NCBI GenBank assembly: GCA_964016885.1
Contig: OZ024751.1
Span: 50,034,001-50,098,000, forward strand
DNA length: 64,000 bases
Direction of reading: 5' to 3'
DNA from: Eledone cirrhosa
Taxonomy: Eukaryota
Shown here: positions 47,865 through 60,485 of the stretch, piece by piece
How positions within the stretch are numbered: position 1 is the first letter of the stretch
How the letters are laid out: each line of letters begins with the position of its first letter
Position numbers and translations under genes: made by a program
Notes under the pieces: model-generated
The model's input: only the letters and a program-made list of their open reading frames with translations
Told to the model about the DNA's origin: nothing
Databases searched by the model: none

Positions 47865-48004
47865 GGGGGCGTGTGTGTATGTGAATGTGTGTGTGAGTGA
47901 AGGTGTGTGAATGTGTGTGTGTGTGCGCGCCCGCTTGTTTGTATTTGTATGCATATGAATGTATGTACAAATATATATATATGTCTATTTGGGAGGACCG
48001 CATT

Positions 48005-48041
<37 letters not shown>

Positions 48042-50159
48042 TTATGTGTGAGTGAGTGAGTGTGTGTGTGTGTGTGTGGGTGTGTGGGTGTGTGGGTGTG
48101 TGTGGGGGGTGCATATGTATGTATGTGTGTGCGTGTGTGTTTATATGGATGTGTGTAAGAATGTTTGTCATAAAATGTAAGCAATTTTTCTGTTCATTTC
48201 TTTTTTTTACCTTATTTAACTTTAAAAAAATTTTCGCCTAAACAGGCTCCTGTATAAAAACGAATCAAAGCAAACAACAACAACAAAAAAAGCAACAACC
48301 ACAACAACAACAAAAACAAAAGTAACAACCATAAGAACAAATGCAACTGCAACAAGAGTAATAAAATAAACAAGAAATCCATAAGAAATAAAAATAAATA
48401 TTTCGTTTTTTTTTCCATCTTAGGAACGAAATTATTTCCCCAACTCAAAGCAATATTCATTAGATATAATTATTTAATTTCTATATTTGTATTTTGATTT
48501 AGTTTTATTACTTATTCTCTTGCTTGTACTTTATTTTATATATTTTATAGTAATGTGCATTATTTTCTTAAAAGCTTTCTACAACCTACACAACAATCAT
48601 GTGAATTTCATCCATTAAAATACTCTGATGCTCACTTTAATTTGGCAGCCATCTTTGATATTTTCTTTCTGTTCATTTTTTTCGTTTTGTTTTGTTCTGT
48701 TTTGGAAAAATAAAACACAACTAGTACAATATAACAAAACACAGATACACAATAAAAATAACAGTGACACTATCTTTATAGAGTTCGCTATATGGCTAGC
48801 GACTTCCTGTAGTTATTTTAATAATTCTCTTTTCTCTTTAACTTTCCGAATTTTAACTGACACAGTATATGTTCTTTCAATTCTTTTCTTCCCAGTTTAT
48901 ATTATAGAACTGCGGCCATACTGGGACACCCATTACTACATTTTCTTTAGTCTGGTTCTGATTTGAGATATATATTCATGGACATTTCAAATTACCTTCT
49001 TAAAAAAACCATGGACGAAAGAGAGGATGAAAAACAAATTAGTGATATTATAATATCACTAATATTATCCGAACCCTTCTTCTTCTTTTTCTGGGAGGGC
49101 CGTAGCATAGGAGGACTGGGGGCAGACATGTCTTCCAGAAGGTTCCATAGAAGCAGCCGTCATGAGTTGATTCCCTAAGCGATTCCTCGACTGGGTGCAA
49201 TATTTTTGAAAAGATGGTTGAATAACATCCCTGAACTCGGTTTGTCTCGCTTAGGGAATCAATTAGTGATGGCTGCACCTGTGGAACCCTCTAGAAGACA
49301 TGGCTGCTGCTGCCAGACCTCCCACACCGCAGGCGGCCCTCCAAGAAGAAGAAGAAGAAAAACAACAACAACAACAACAACAGCAAAGATACACCAAATG
49401 TATGTATGGTGGCAAGTCTGTAGCATCAAACAACTTATTATGTAATACCGTTTCAATTAAACCCAGCATCTGCTCTTCCTCAGAAACATATTATATTATA
49501 TTGAGGAGAAAATAAAGTACAATATTGAAAACAGAGAAACAGAAAAAACAAAGAAACGAAACGAAAGTCTGTTTCCTATATTATTATAAGGTGTGCAGTA
49601 TCGCCTATTCAAGCCATAGAGAAGTATTTTGTTAATATGTTTCCCTAGAGACTGAATGGAATTAATGAAATATGATGACGTCAACATATGACGTTATTAG
49701 TAATTACTATACTCCTTGAAAAGTGTCGGCAGATCTTCTCCCCTTTAGACTGGCTCTAAAATAACAATATAGTATTTCGCTGTTTTACTCCAGTTATATC
49801 CATTTTTTCTTTGTCATTCTCGTTTCCTCTCCCCCTTATTAGTACATTCATCTTTTCTTCCACTCTTTCCTCTCTCTCTCTTTAAGCGCATTCATCTCTA
49901 CATGTAGTACTACAGCATGGCTTTAACCATGCTGCCGTCTAAAATAAACTAAAAGTGGGTAGGTTTGAGAGACTAAAGTGACAGGCCGAAAGCTTTATCG
50001 TGTTTAGTTTATTTACAATATTGTTGCGAGCTAAAATCCTGTTAACAGTTGTCTGTACTATGATAATTAAATGTTTCCTCCCCATCCGTGAAATACTAAC
50101 TGGGACTACGACCCATACTATTGTCATATAGGCTATAGACTAGCATTAATTTCATCAAA

Positions 50160-50588
50160 TATTCTCCCCTATTTCATACAGATGAGCTGTTATCTACTCG
50201 TGGGTCTCGCCAAGTATAGAAGTCATATCTTCTTTACGCCTTACAATACTATATAAAATCAAATATGCCCCTTATCTATATCTAGCTGTCGAAATGGCCG
50301 GAGCTCAGCCATCGGGGTCCTGACTCTTTTCCTATCACAAATAATGTGTGGTAAGCAACCAGGTAGACCATAACGCACTAGAGTATTCGATACTTAGGGT
50401 AGTAGAGAAGGTGATAGGAAAAGAGTCAGGACCCCGATGGCTGAGCTCCGGCCGTTTCGACAGCTATATATAGATAAGGGGTATGTTTGAATTTATATAG
50501 TATTGTAAGGCGTAAAGAAGATATGAGTTCTATACTTCGTGAGACCCATGAGTAGATAACAGCTCATCTGTATGAAATAGCAGAGTAT
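50160..50588. mobile_element. Fold-back element (~170 bp arms, 72 bp spacer)
   Basis: 50169-50338 is the reverse complement of 50411-50580; right end abuts (TA)n; related to 63811-63945. Confidence 0.7.
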
Positions 50589-50804
50589 ATATATATATAT
50601 ACATAGATATTGAGCCCACCACGACAATCGTGGGTAGTTAAATAGCTCTCAGAAAATAGAAATATTAAATTCATTGGAAAATGTAGCTACAGGTACACTA
50701 TCTTTCAATTATAATAATTGTGATGGTCACGAATGGAACACCATAAGTCTATTGTTTCCGATCCAACCTATTAGTAACACCGTTCATTACCTTTACTTAA
50801 ATAG

Positions 50805-51100
50805 GGTTTCTAATTTAGGCTCAACGCTAGCAATTCGGGGAAAGTTCGATTACACCCACCCAGTACTTGACTGGTATTATATTTTCTGACTGGCAGTATC
50901 GGTAAAGAATCGGATGGTCGGTAAAATAAAGTACCAGTAATACACTGGTATAATTGCTGGCCTTGTGCTAAAAGTAGAAACAATTATATTTTCTCGGCTC
51001 CATTAGGATGAAAGGCAAATTTAACATCGACGAGGTTTCAACTCAAAGCGTAGTCGAAACTAGTTGCTGCAAATCTTTTGTCTACGACTACAATGTTGCC
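50805..51100. mobile_element. Old minus-strand SINE interrupted by an internally deleted plus-strand SINE (about 50890-50985)
   Basis: SINE head joined directly to core and tail, inside a split older core. Confidence 0.6.
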
Positions 51101-51351
51101 AGGTCTCATCTATTTACTTAAACATAACATTTATATTATGTTGTTATTACATTAAAGAACAAAACGAAAGCAGCTTCTCAATTTTTATTTCATCTTGTTT
51201 AAAGCTATTAAGGGAATAAGCGCGTCTCATTTAGAATTATCTCATTTAGAATTATCTTCATTGTCATTACGAAATCTCCCCTTAAAGTCATCCAATCCCA
51301 ATTTCGTAATTCAAAAGGGATTACAGGAATTTTAGAGTTCTATTCATTAGA

Positions 51352-51401
<50 letters not shown>

Positions 51402-51594
51402 ATGGGGACAGGATTTCATGATGTAAGCAATTCAATGGTTATTACGAGAATTGTAATAGCGACACACAATAGAATAATTTGTTGGTAACCACTAACGACT
51501 TATCCCATATTAACAAATGAATATTTTTGCGTTGGAGAAAATGGCTGTAAAGAATACAACTTACATATACACTCCTAAATACACACACACACGG

Positions 51595-51701
<107 letters not shown>

Positions 51702-51751
51702 TAATGAAATGACAGGAGGCTGGATTTGTGTCAATCCTTGAAAGGTTTATT

Positions 51752-51809
51752 ATATTATGATCATTTCAATGACCGGGTTCCGTATGAATCCAGTGATATC
51801 ATCAGGTAT
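51752..51809 (-). ncRNA. Hammerhead with decayed stem I
   Basis: CTGATGA, stem II actggattc/gaacccggt, GAAA, palindromic atgatcat, AUA; inside a ~230 bp insert between (TA)n tracts. Confidence 0.6.
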
Positions 51810-51929
51810 TCGAAATATAATACGTGAATGTAATAGATAAAAGCTATGGGGCTGAAAATCGAGGACCCGAGGACGACCGTTATTCCGCTCCTTCAACCTC
51901 AGCCGGTCGCCCTCGAGTGACGTGGCTAA

Positions 51930-51970
<41 letters not shown>

Positions 51971-52464
51971 ATATATATATACATATATATGTATATATAT
52001 AGAATACATATAGATATATACATATAGATATATAAATATATATATACATACATACGCACACACATATCACACACACATATATATATATATACGGATATAA
52101 ACGCATATATGTGGCTCTATGAAGATTTGTATCTAAATATCTGTGTGTGTGTAATTTGATACACATACAAACAGGCACACACACACCCGTACAAGCACAC
52201 ACACACATACACACCACTCGTACACACACATATATTTATACATATATATACTTCAAAATACTGTCACTATTGTTAAAGACACATAATGTCCGTGCGTCCT
52301 GCCATGTCTAATCCATAGATTTGAATGTGCGTATATCCGGTTCGGTAGTCTCTTCCGGTGTTTTCATGTATACAAAAACAATTGTTCAGTGTGCTCCAGG
52401 GAAAATTACCCAGAGCTCTTAGGAGACTGTATAATTCCCCTTTTCAAAACGGGTTATTGTGTAT

Positions 52465-52513
<49 letters not shown>

Positions 52514-52555
52514 AAAGAACACAAGAGCGTCTACAACATCAAAAGATTTTTATTG

Positions 52556-52600
52556 GCTTACAATGTTTCTTCCTTACGTAACCGTAGGATTCGTCAGAGT
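52556..52600 (-). ncRNA. Minimal hammerhead (left arm)
   Basis: Mirror of 52888-52932; weak stem I. Confidence 0.6.
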
Positions 52601-52887
52601 TATAAAAGGGGTTTGATTGGTGTTATGGACTCTACCAACCAAACATTCAAGAACAAAGAGTAAAGAGAATAAAGAGCAAAAGCAGGGGACGATAAGTCTA
52701 ATTTTGGTGCGGGAGGGCGGGGTTTGGGAATGAATATGACCACAGCTAGTAAACAAGGACCCAAACCCCACCCTCCCGCACCAAAATTAGACTTATCGTC
52801 CCCTGCTTTTGCTCTTTACTCTCTTTACTCTTTGTTCTTGAATGTTTGGTTGGTAGAGTCCATAACACCAATCAAACCTCTTTTATA

Positions 52888-52932
52888 GTTCTGACGAATC
52901 CTACGGTTACGTAAGGAAGAAACATTGTAAGC
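52888..52932 (+). ncRNA. Minimal hammerhead (right arm)
   Basis: gtt-CTGACGA-atcctacg gtta cgtaaggaa-GAAA-catt-GTA-agc, then AATAAA. Confidence 0.7.
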
Positions 52933-53074
52933 CAATAAAAATCTGTTTATGTTGTAGACGCTCTTGTGTTCTTTATCATATATACGGCTGTGCTCCAAAG
53001 CATAGAGCTAATTATTATGCTGCCAATACCTTAATGGGACACGGGTATACAATACCTAACTCCTATTAACCTAA

Positions 53075-53129
<55 letters not shown>

Positions 53130-53170
53130 CGAAACATAAGTCAATTGCATGAACTCATAATCCTTTATTT

Positions 53171-53226
53171 ACTGCTATATATATTTCGATGATAGCCATT
53201 GAATGGCTATGACCTCATCAGGCAGT
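53171..53226 (-). ncRNA. Minimal type I hammerhead ribozyme
   Basis: actgc-CTGATGA-ggtcatagcca ttcaa tggctatcatc-GAAA-tatata-TA-gcagt, then AATAAA and (TA)n about 45 bp later. Confidence 0.8.
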
Positions 53227-54227
53227 TAGTCAGTTCTTAGATATGCCAGCTCTGTGTTTATAGTGTTGATGGTATCAGAGCCTTGGGACATCTGAACTTG
53301 TTAGGAATATTTTAATGTTGTCAGCAGGAATAGTCTTAATTCTCATTGGTCAGTTTGTAGATGCTAGTAGGGTTGGTATATGTGTGTGACCTTGTCAGAA
53401 TGTGGGATTCATGTCATTTCAACACGTTTTAAATAACATATCGAATCTTTTTAAATGATGTATCAATAATGTATCAATAGATTTTTCATATGTAAACGGA
53501 TTTTTAATAAGACAACATGTGTCAGACCAGATAATACAAAATATCAACGCATTTTAAACAATTTTCCCAATATTCTTTACATAATATTTAAACACATAGT
53601 ACAATACGTGTTGATATGAATAAAAGTTCTCAGTACATTTAAAGCCATGCTCTTTATTCTGAAAACAATCGAAGCATGAAATTATTTATTTCATACATTA
53701 TATATCTTAACGCTAGCTACACCGAAGTGACGATTTTAATTCTCATAAAATTCACCTGCAGAAACAGAAGCAACAGATAGAAAAATATCTATTAAATCAT
53801 TTCAAATTAGTGGAAACTTAGTAAATTGATTTCGTAATGAATTATTGATTTTTTTATTACTTCAACTTGATTTTCAACAATTATTTAAAAACGGTGTAGA
53901 AATCGATAAATTCTCTAATGTCTTTAACTCTTTGACGTTGCACAATCCACCCACACACATGTGTACTCACAGTCTTACAGACACAGACACACAGACACAC
54001 AGACACACAGACACACTCACAAACACACCACGTATATATATATGTATTTCGTTTTAATCCTTTTCTGGGTTAGAAAATGATTAAAACGAAATATTTTACT
54101 TTGTGTGAAGTGACATTCACAGAATACATATATATATGTATGTCTGTGAATGTGAGATTTAATTTTTTTACACTTGTCTATAGCTATACATAAATATATA
54201 CATACACACATAAATACACACATAGAG

Positions 54228-54296
<69 letters not shown>

Positions 54297-54477
54297 TACA
54301 AACGGACAAAGCGAGCATTATAATAAATGTTCGCCTGTATGCATATGTATATATATATATATGCATGCTACTGTACGTCTGTATACATATATGTATGTAC
54401 GTATACATACATACTTACATTTAAGTAAGTGCCGTACTAAGAGTGAGAAATGAAATTTCGTTTCATTCTATTCTATT

Positions 54478-54532
<55 letters not shown>

Positions 54533-54951
54533 ATGACATATGAATTAATTTTAAACTATAATTATTCTCAGTTTCCTATAAGCGCCAGAAGAAGTAAAAG
54601 GCAAAAAAAAAGGTGGAAATTTCATATGACTTCCAAAATTGTATGGACAGAACAACCAGACATATATTTTCTCCGAGACAGCAGTGTAGCAACCCAAAAG
54701 GGTCATCCATTTGACCTTTCAATATCGAGAACTATTTACGCAGTATTATTTAATCATCAGTGTTTTTCCAAATCTACGACCTTGTGCCCATGTAAAAATA
54801 ATCAATATTTACGATACTATAAAATATTGGTTACTCAGTTTCTTTCTTTGCCATTTCTTATACTTCACCAATAATATATTATGGATATTTACATTTACAG
54901 TGATAGATGAGTAGGAACGCGGATACACATACACACACACACACAGAGAAA

Positions 54952-54982
<31 letters not shown>

Positions 54983-55772
54983 ATACGTATTTAAGAAAGC
55001 CACAACAATGCAAAGGGAAATCTCGAGGTAGTAAGTGAAATATAGATAGGGAAAACAGGTGAAAGGGAAAATTGAGAGAGACAAAGATGAAAACAAAACA
55101 AAGGTAGAAGGGTTACCGTAGTAGAGATTTAATCCCAATATTTCGGACTCACGCCCATCAACGGGGGAAAAGTTCCAAAAGGGGGGAAACAGGCCAAGAG
55201 GAGAAAGTTGTGATGTCGTTAAGACAGGAATGCCGTTATGGGGAGAAAAATATTTAAAATTTAAACGAGGGAAAGAATGCGCGTGCGCGTGATAGGCTGT
55301 GGCAAAAGCTACTGACCAAATGGGTTAAATCAAGAGGGTGCGTTAGCGTGTGAAAGCCGTAAGATATGTGTATGTAAATATATATGTGTGTGTAACTGTG
55401 TGTGTATAAGTGTAAGTGTGTATATGTGTGAGTGTGTGTGTGTGTGAAAGATAGTGGGCTGTAGAAGTTGGAAATCAAAGGGTGTGAAAGGTGGTAGGTT
55501 GTAAAATATGTGTGCGTGTATAAATATAGATGTGTGTGTGTAAGCGTATGGGTATACATGTGTGTGAAACTGTGTGTGTATATGTGTGAGTGCGTTTGTG
55601 TGTGAAAGATAGTGGGCTGTAGAAGCTGGAAATCAAAGGGTGTGAAAGGTGGTAGGTTGTAAAAACATGTGTGCGTGTATAAATATAGATGTGTGTGTGT
55701 ATGCGTATGGGTATGCATATACGTGCGTGTGTGTGAAGATAGCAGGCCGTAGGCTGTGAATGGTCATTATGG

Positions 55773-57510
55773 TTAAGTTAGCCATGTCAGCTCATTTCTC
55801 TCAGCCCGGTTGTTAAGTGGGGGTCTGAGGTTCTTAATAACAAGTGCTTCCTTTATCCTTAAGGATCCGATGCTGCGTTCAGTCGCTAGGACTGTGACCA
55901 AGGGTCTACCCTGTGGGTTTCCGCATTTAAGGATATGTTTACGGAAGGAAGATGCGTTGGTATTGATATGTTCCTTGATACGAACATGTAGGGGTCGGAT
56001 GGTGCTACCTATGTAAAACTTGTTACATTTATCGCATTGAATCTTATATACGACATAGGTGCGTAGGCAATCTTCCCCCCGTATCGGGCAGTTGCTGAGG
56101 GAGCACGTCCCATCTGCCTCGTAGGGTTTGTTGGAGAGGCATCTTCGCAGCGAAGGTCCTGTGTGGGCCAAATGTATGTCAAGTCCCTCCGTCCGTATGG
56201 CCCTGCGGATGGCGTTCGTGGTATATTCACTCAGGTGGGGGATTTTAAAGAAGCACCTGCTAATATTAAGTTTTCTAGTGGGTGTCAGTCTACTGGGTCT
56301 GGGGTCTCTAATTCCGTTAATCAGCCGCTTGGGATAACCATTAGATCTGAGTAGATTACGGAATTGCGTGGTATGGGTGAGACCACCCATCGGGTCGCTG
56401 CATCTGTTAGTGATCCGTGTCAGTTCATTTAGGACATAGCCTCTCTTAGCGTTGTTGGGGAGGGCTGAGTTATAATGCACAAATAAGTCCTTGCACGCTG
56501 CTTTGCGGTAGAAGGTGGTGTTTATGTCTCCTTCTTCCGAGATGTTGATACGGAAGTCGAGGAGGGCGAGTGACCCGTCTTCTCCTGGGTGTTCGATGGT
56601 GAAATCGATGTGCTGGTCAGTATCGTTGAAGATTTGGTGAATTTCATTCGCCATCTCCCGGGAAGAAGTAAGTATCAGGATATCATCAACGTATCTGGAG
56701 TAGAAGGCGACGGCGTTGGGTTGGCAGATATTGAGTGCCTTGCGTTCCAGGTGGTCCATGTACGAGATCGCAAGTATGCCGGACAGACTAGAGCCCATAG
56801 GTAGCCCAGAGATTTGTTTGTACGTGTGGCCGAGGAAATTGAAGAGTGCATTATCCACAACGAAGGAGAGGAGTTGGTGGATGTCCGTGTGTGTGAGTCC
56901 GAAGCAGTGTAAGTTAGATGCTCGGACTCGTTCGGTCAACAGGTCGACAGCTGGGGATGCTGGTACGGAGATATAAAGGGTGACCACATCAAGACTGGAG
57001 GCATAACCGTTGTCCTTTCTGGTGTTGGGCGCCAGATGGTGTAGTCGCTCCAAGACTTCCTTTGAGCTGCAGACGTGGGCTGGTAGTGTGTGTAGAATAG
57101 GTTTCAGTAGTGTGGAGAGCAGCCACGATATTTTGTAGAGTGGGCCCTCCACGCTAGAGACAATGGGCCTGATTTTCAAATCGGGTCCTTGTTTATGTGT
57201 TTTGACCAGGTGGTAGAAGGTGGGTAATTTGCTGTTTCGAGTCATTATGTTGTTTTTTACCTTCTTTGGCAGTTTTCGTTGGACACAGATGTTAGTCCAT
57301 ATGGTGTTAATGCCTTCCTCGATTAGAGTCGAGGAGGTCCCTGTGACTTTCGAGTAGAGGCTGTGGTCATTAAGATGTTGGAGAGCTAAGTTGTTGTAGG
57401 TCTCTCTCGAGATGACACAGAATTCTTTCCCCTTGTCAGAGGGAAGGTACACAAGGTTCCTGGATCTTAGGTTGGTGAGAGTATTAAATTGTGCATTGGT
57501 GAGGTTGCGT
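55773..57510 (-). CDS. PLE reverse transcriptase + GIY-YIG endonuclease (downstream frame of a frameshifted ORF)
   Basis: NLT..LPSDKG, KTHK..IRPIVS, SLDVVTLY, GLPMGSSLS, YSRYVDD, LLDF, VVYKIQCDKC..YIGST..R..EH. Confidence 0.9.
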
Positions 57511-58065
57511 TTATTGTGTGTGTGTGTGTGTGTGTTGGGAAAGGATGTTAGAGATAGAATGTTTCAACCTGAGTAGTTTAGTGTCAAGTTCGTGGTTGGT
57601 GGGTGGGGGGTGGAGTGGGTTGTCGAGGTGATACGTGGGGAGTGTGGGGTGGGTTGTGGGGTTGTAATCGATCTCGGTGTTGTTTTGGATGGCGGTTAGC
57701 CATTTCAGTTGATAAGCTGTCCGACAGAAGTTGGTTTCGATGTCGAGTTTCAGTCTATCATCGAGACGCTGTGTAATGATGAACTTGGGTCCGAGGCGCA
57801 GAAGTTCGAGTTCGTCGTTGGTGAGGGTACCGGTTAAGTCGGTAACGAGGTGTGAAGCATCGTTGGTAGGTAGATCGATGTTGGGGGGTGTAGCGGATGG
57901 TGTTGTATGGCTGTTGCCCCTGGTGTGGTTGTAGTCGGTCCGTCTGTGGGAGCGGATGTTGTCAATGTAGTATTTGTTTACAGTCCATTCGTATTTCCGT
58001 ATAAGGCGCTGTTTATCAAATTTGACTCTGGTGTGGTAACACTGATCTATAGCTTTGCGTATATC
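57511..58065 (-). pseudogene. N-terminal part of the same PLE ORF, separated by a (CA)10 frameshift
   Basis: LTNDELELLRLGPKF is the typical PLE N-terminal motif. Confidence 0.8.
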
Positions 58066-58510
58066 CATAATGACCATTCACAGCCTAGGGCCTGCTATCT
58101 TCACACACACGCACGTATATGCATACCCATACGCTTACACACACACATCTATATTTATACACGCACACATATTTTACAACCTACCACCTTTCACACCCTT
58201 TGATTTCCAACTTCTACAGCCCACTATCTTTCACACACACACACACTCACACATATACACACTTACACTTATACACACACAGTTACACACACATATATAT
58301 TTACATACACATATCTTACGGCTTTCACACGCTAACGCACCCTCTTGATTTAACCCATTTGGTCAGTAGCTTTTGCCACAGCCTATCACGCGCACGCGCA
58401 TTCTTTCCCTCGTTTAAATTTTAAATATTTTTCTCCCCATAACGGCATTCCTGTCTTAACGACATCACAACTTTCTCCGCTTGGCCTGTTTCCCCCCTTT
58501 TGGAACTTTT

Positions 58511-58544
58511 CCCCCGTTGATGGGCGTGAGCCCGAAATATTGGG
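58511..58544 (+). ncRNA. Hammerhead-like motif with non-canonical core (CCGUUGA); mirror at 55134-55167
   Basis: ccc-CCGTTGA-t-gggc GTGA gccc-GAAA-ta-TT-ggg, then ATTAAA. Confidence 0.4.
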
Positions 58545-58739
58545 ATTAAATCTCTACTACGGTAACCCTTCCACCTTTGTTTTGTTTTCATCTTTGTCTC
58601 TCTCAATTTTCACTTTCACCTGTTTTCCCTATCTATATTTCACTTACTACCTCGAGGTTTCCCTTTGCATTGTAGTGGCTTTCTTAAATACGTATTTTTA
58701 CACATTTCACAATGCTTCAAGCAAACTTTAACACCCTCT

Positions 58740-58770
<31 letters not shown>

Positions 58771-58780
58771 GTATATATAA

Positions 58781-58968
58781 TTGTTTCTACTATTGGCACA
58801 AGGCCAGAAAATTAACCAGTACATTACTGGTACTTTATTTTATCGACCCCGTAAGGATGAAAGGCAAAGTTAACCTCGGCGGGATTTGAACTCAGAATGG
58901 CAAGGGCCGTAACTCTATGCGTCAAAGCATGGCGTCCGAACTTCTACCGATACTGCCAATCCACCGCC
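58781..58968 (-). mobile_element. tRNA-derived SINE in (TA)n
   Basis: Same family as 20377. Confidence 0.85.
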
Positions 58969-59052
58969 ATATATATGAATATATAATATATATATATGTA
59001 TGTATATATACACATACATATATATATATATAAATAAATATACATATATATG

Positions 59053-59113
<61 letters not shown>

Positions 59114-59304
59114 GTGTGTGTGTATGTGTGTGTTTGTGTTTGTGTCTGTGTGTGTGAGTGTGTGTGTGAAGTTAATTTCTTAATGCATTTAAAAAAATAA
59201 TATATATACATTTATATATATATATATATGTTTTGTGAGTATGTATATATATAGAGTGATGGTTAGATAGATATAAATACATGTGTATATGTATGTAGGG
59301 TATG

Positions 59305-59377
<73 letters not shown>

Positions 59378-60441
59378 ATGTGTGTAAGTATATGTATATG
59401 TGTGTGTGTGTGTATTTGTGTGTACTTTTAAAATTTATTAATATGCCGTATATTGAGATTAAAAATAATTTGTTGCTATGTGCGGTCATTTATTGTAGAC
59501 TATAGATATTTTAAACATCTGTACACTTACGATAATACAGCAATAACTTTAACAGACAACCTTTTCCACGAGATCGTTTGCTTATATTCCTGTTTGGTTG
59601 TTGTAAATTAATGGATGTTTAGTGAGTTGGTCCCAGGGTTATTTACTCCAGTAAGCGCCACCGGATCCCAACTACTAAATTTAATAGAAATTAGATATAG
59701 TAGAATTTTTCATACAATTTCTTTTTGTGAGAATTATCTCTCACTACATTTGAAATAATGACTGAGGCATGATAAGCTTCTCAAAACGAGTATCAAAATA
59801 ACTTGCGTTTATTGTAGTCCGTATATTACAAATGTGGTAAACAATGTGCCTCGTGGCATGACAAGGTATAATCCTGAATTATAAGATATGGTTGAAAAAA
59901 GGTTAGCGTGCTTGCGCTCGATGTGACCAGTTTGAGAGGTGCCGCCAAAAAAGAGTAAGTGAGCAAGAGAGGTCGAGTGACGTCAGAACACTCCCTTATA
60001 TACTGGCCACGGGGAAGTAACTCTAATTAGTTTTTTCTCCCAGGGCAAGGTGGCGCTCGTCGCTACAGATGTTATATCGTCGCTTGGTATGACATTTTCT
60101 GACACAAACAGAAATGATTGTCTTATGAATTTCATCATATCACATACAACGAAAATGATTTTGTAAATATCTTTTCAAATTTGAGCCAATTAAATTTGAT
60201 AGAAGAGAGGAAATTTCACCTGAGGCCATGAGAATTTCGCCTTCATTAAATAGCATTTTCAGGTTAATTCAATTATGACTTCACTCGATAACACTTGAGG
60301 TAAATTCTGGAGAATATATAAAGTATACCGCCGTGAAAAGTCATTCTTTGTTCTACGTTGGAGCTATTATTGTTAGATTTACAGTTAATTCTATCTCAAT
60401 GAATATCTCTTTTCTCTCTTTCTCTTCCACTATTTCTCTCC

Positions 60442-60485
<44 letters not shown>

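Larger units (their letters stand above)
52506..52984. mobile_element. Fold-back element (~220 bp arms, 31 bp spacer) with a hammerhead in each arm
   Basis: 52506-52728 is the reverse complement of 52760-52984; left end in (TA)n. Confidence 0.78.
54977..58740 (-). mobile_element. Penelope-like element, 5'-truncated, with 3' pseudo-LTR (54977-55772) and an inverted pseudo-LTR (58066-58740)
   Basis: RT + GIY-YIG ORF; terminal repeats in opposite orientation; both outer ends in (TA)n. Confidence 0.92.

Noticed and set aside
48963-49515. Possible host exon
   Set aside because: Stops in the plausible frames, no recognisable domain, no convincing splice sites.
55773-57452. Selenocysteine-type PLE
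   Set aside because: No in-frame TGA and no SECIS seen.
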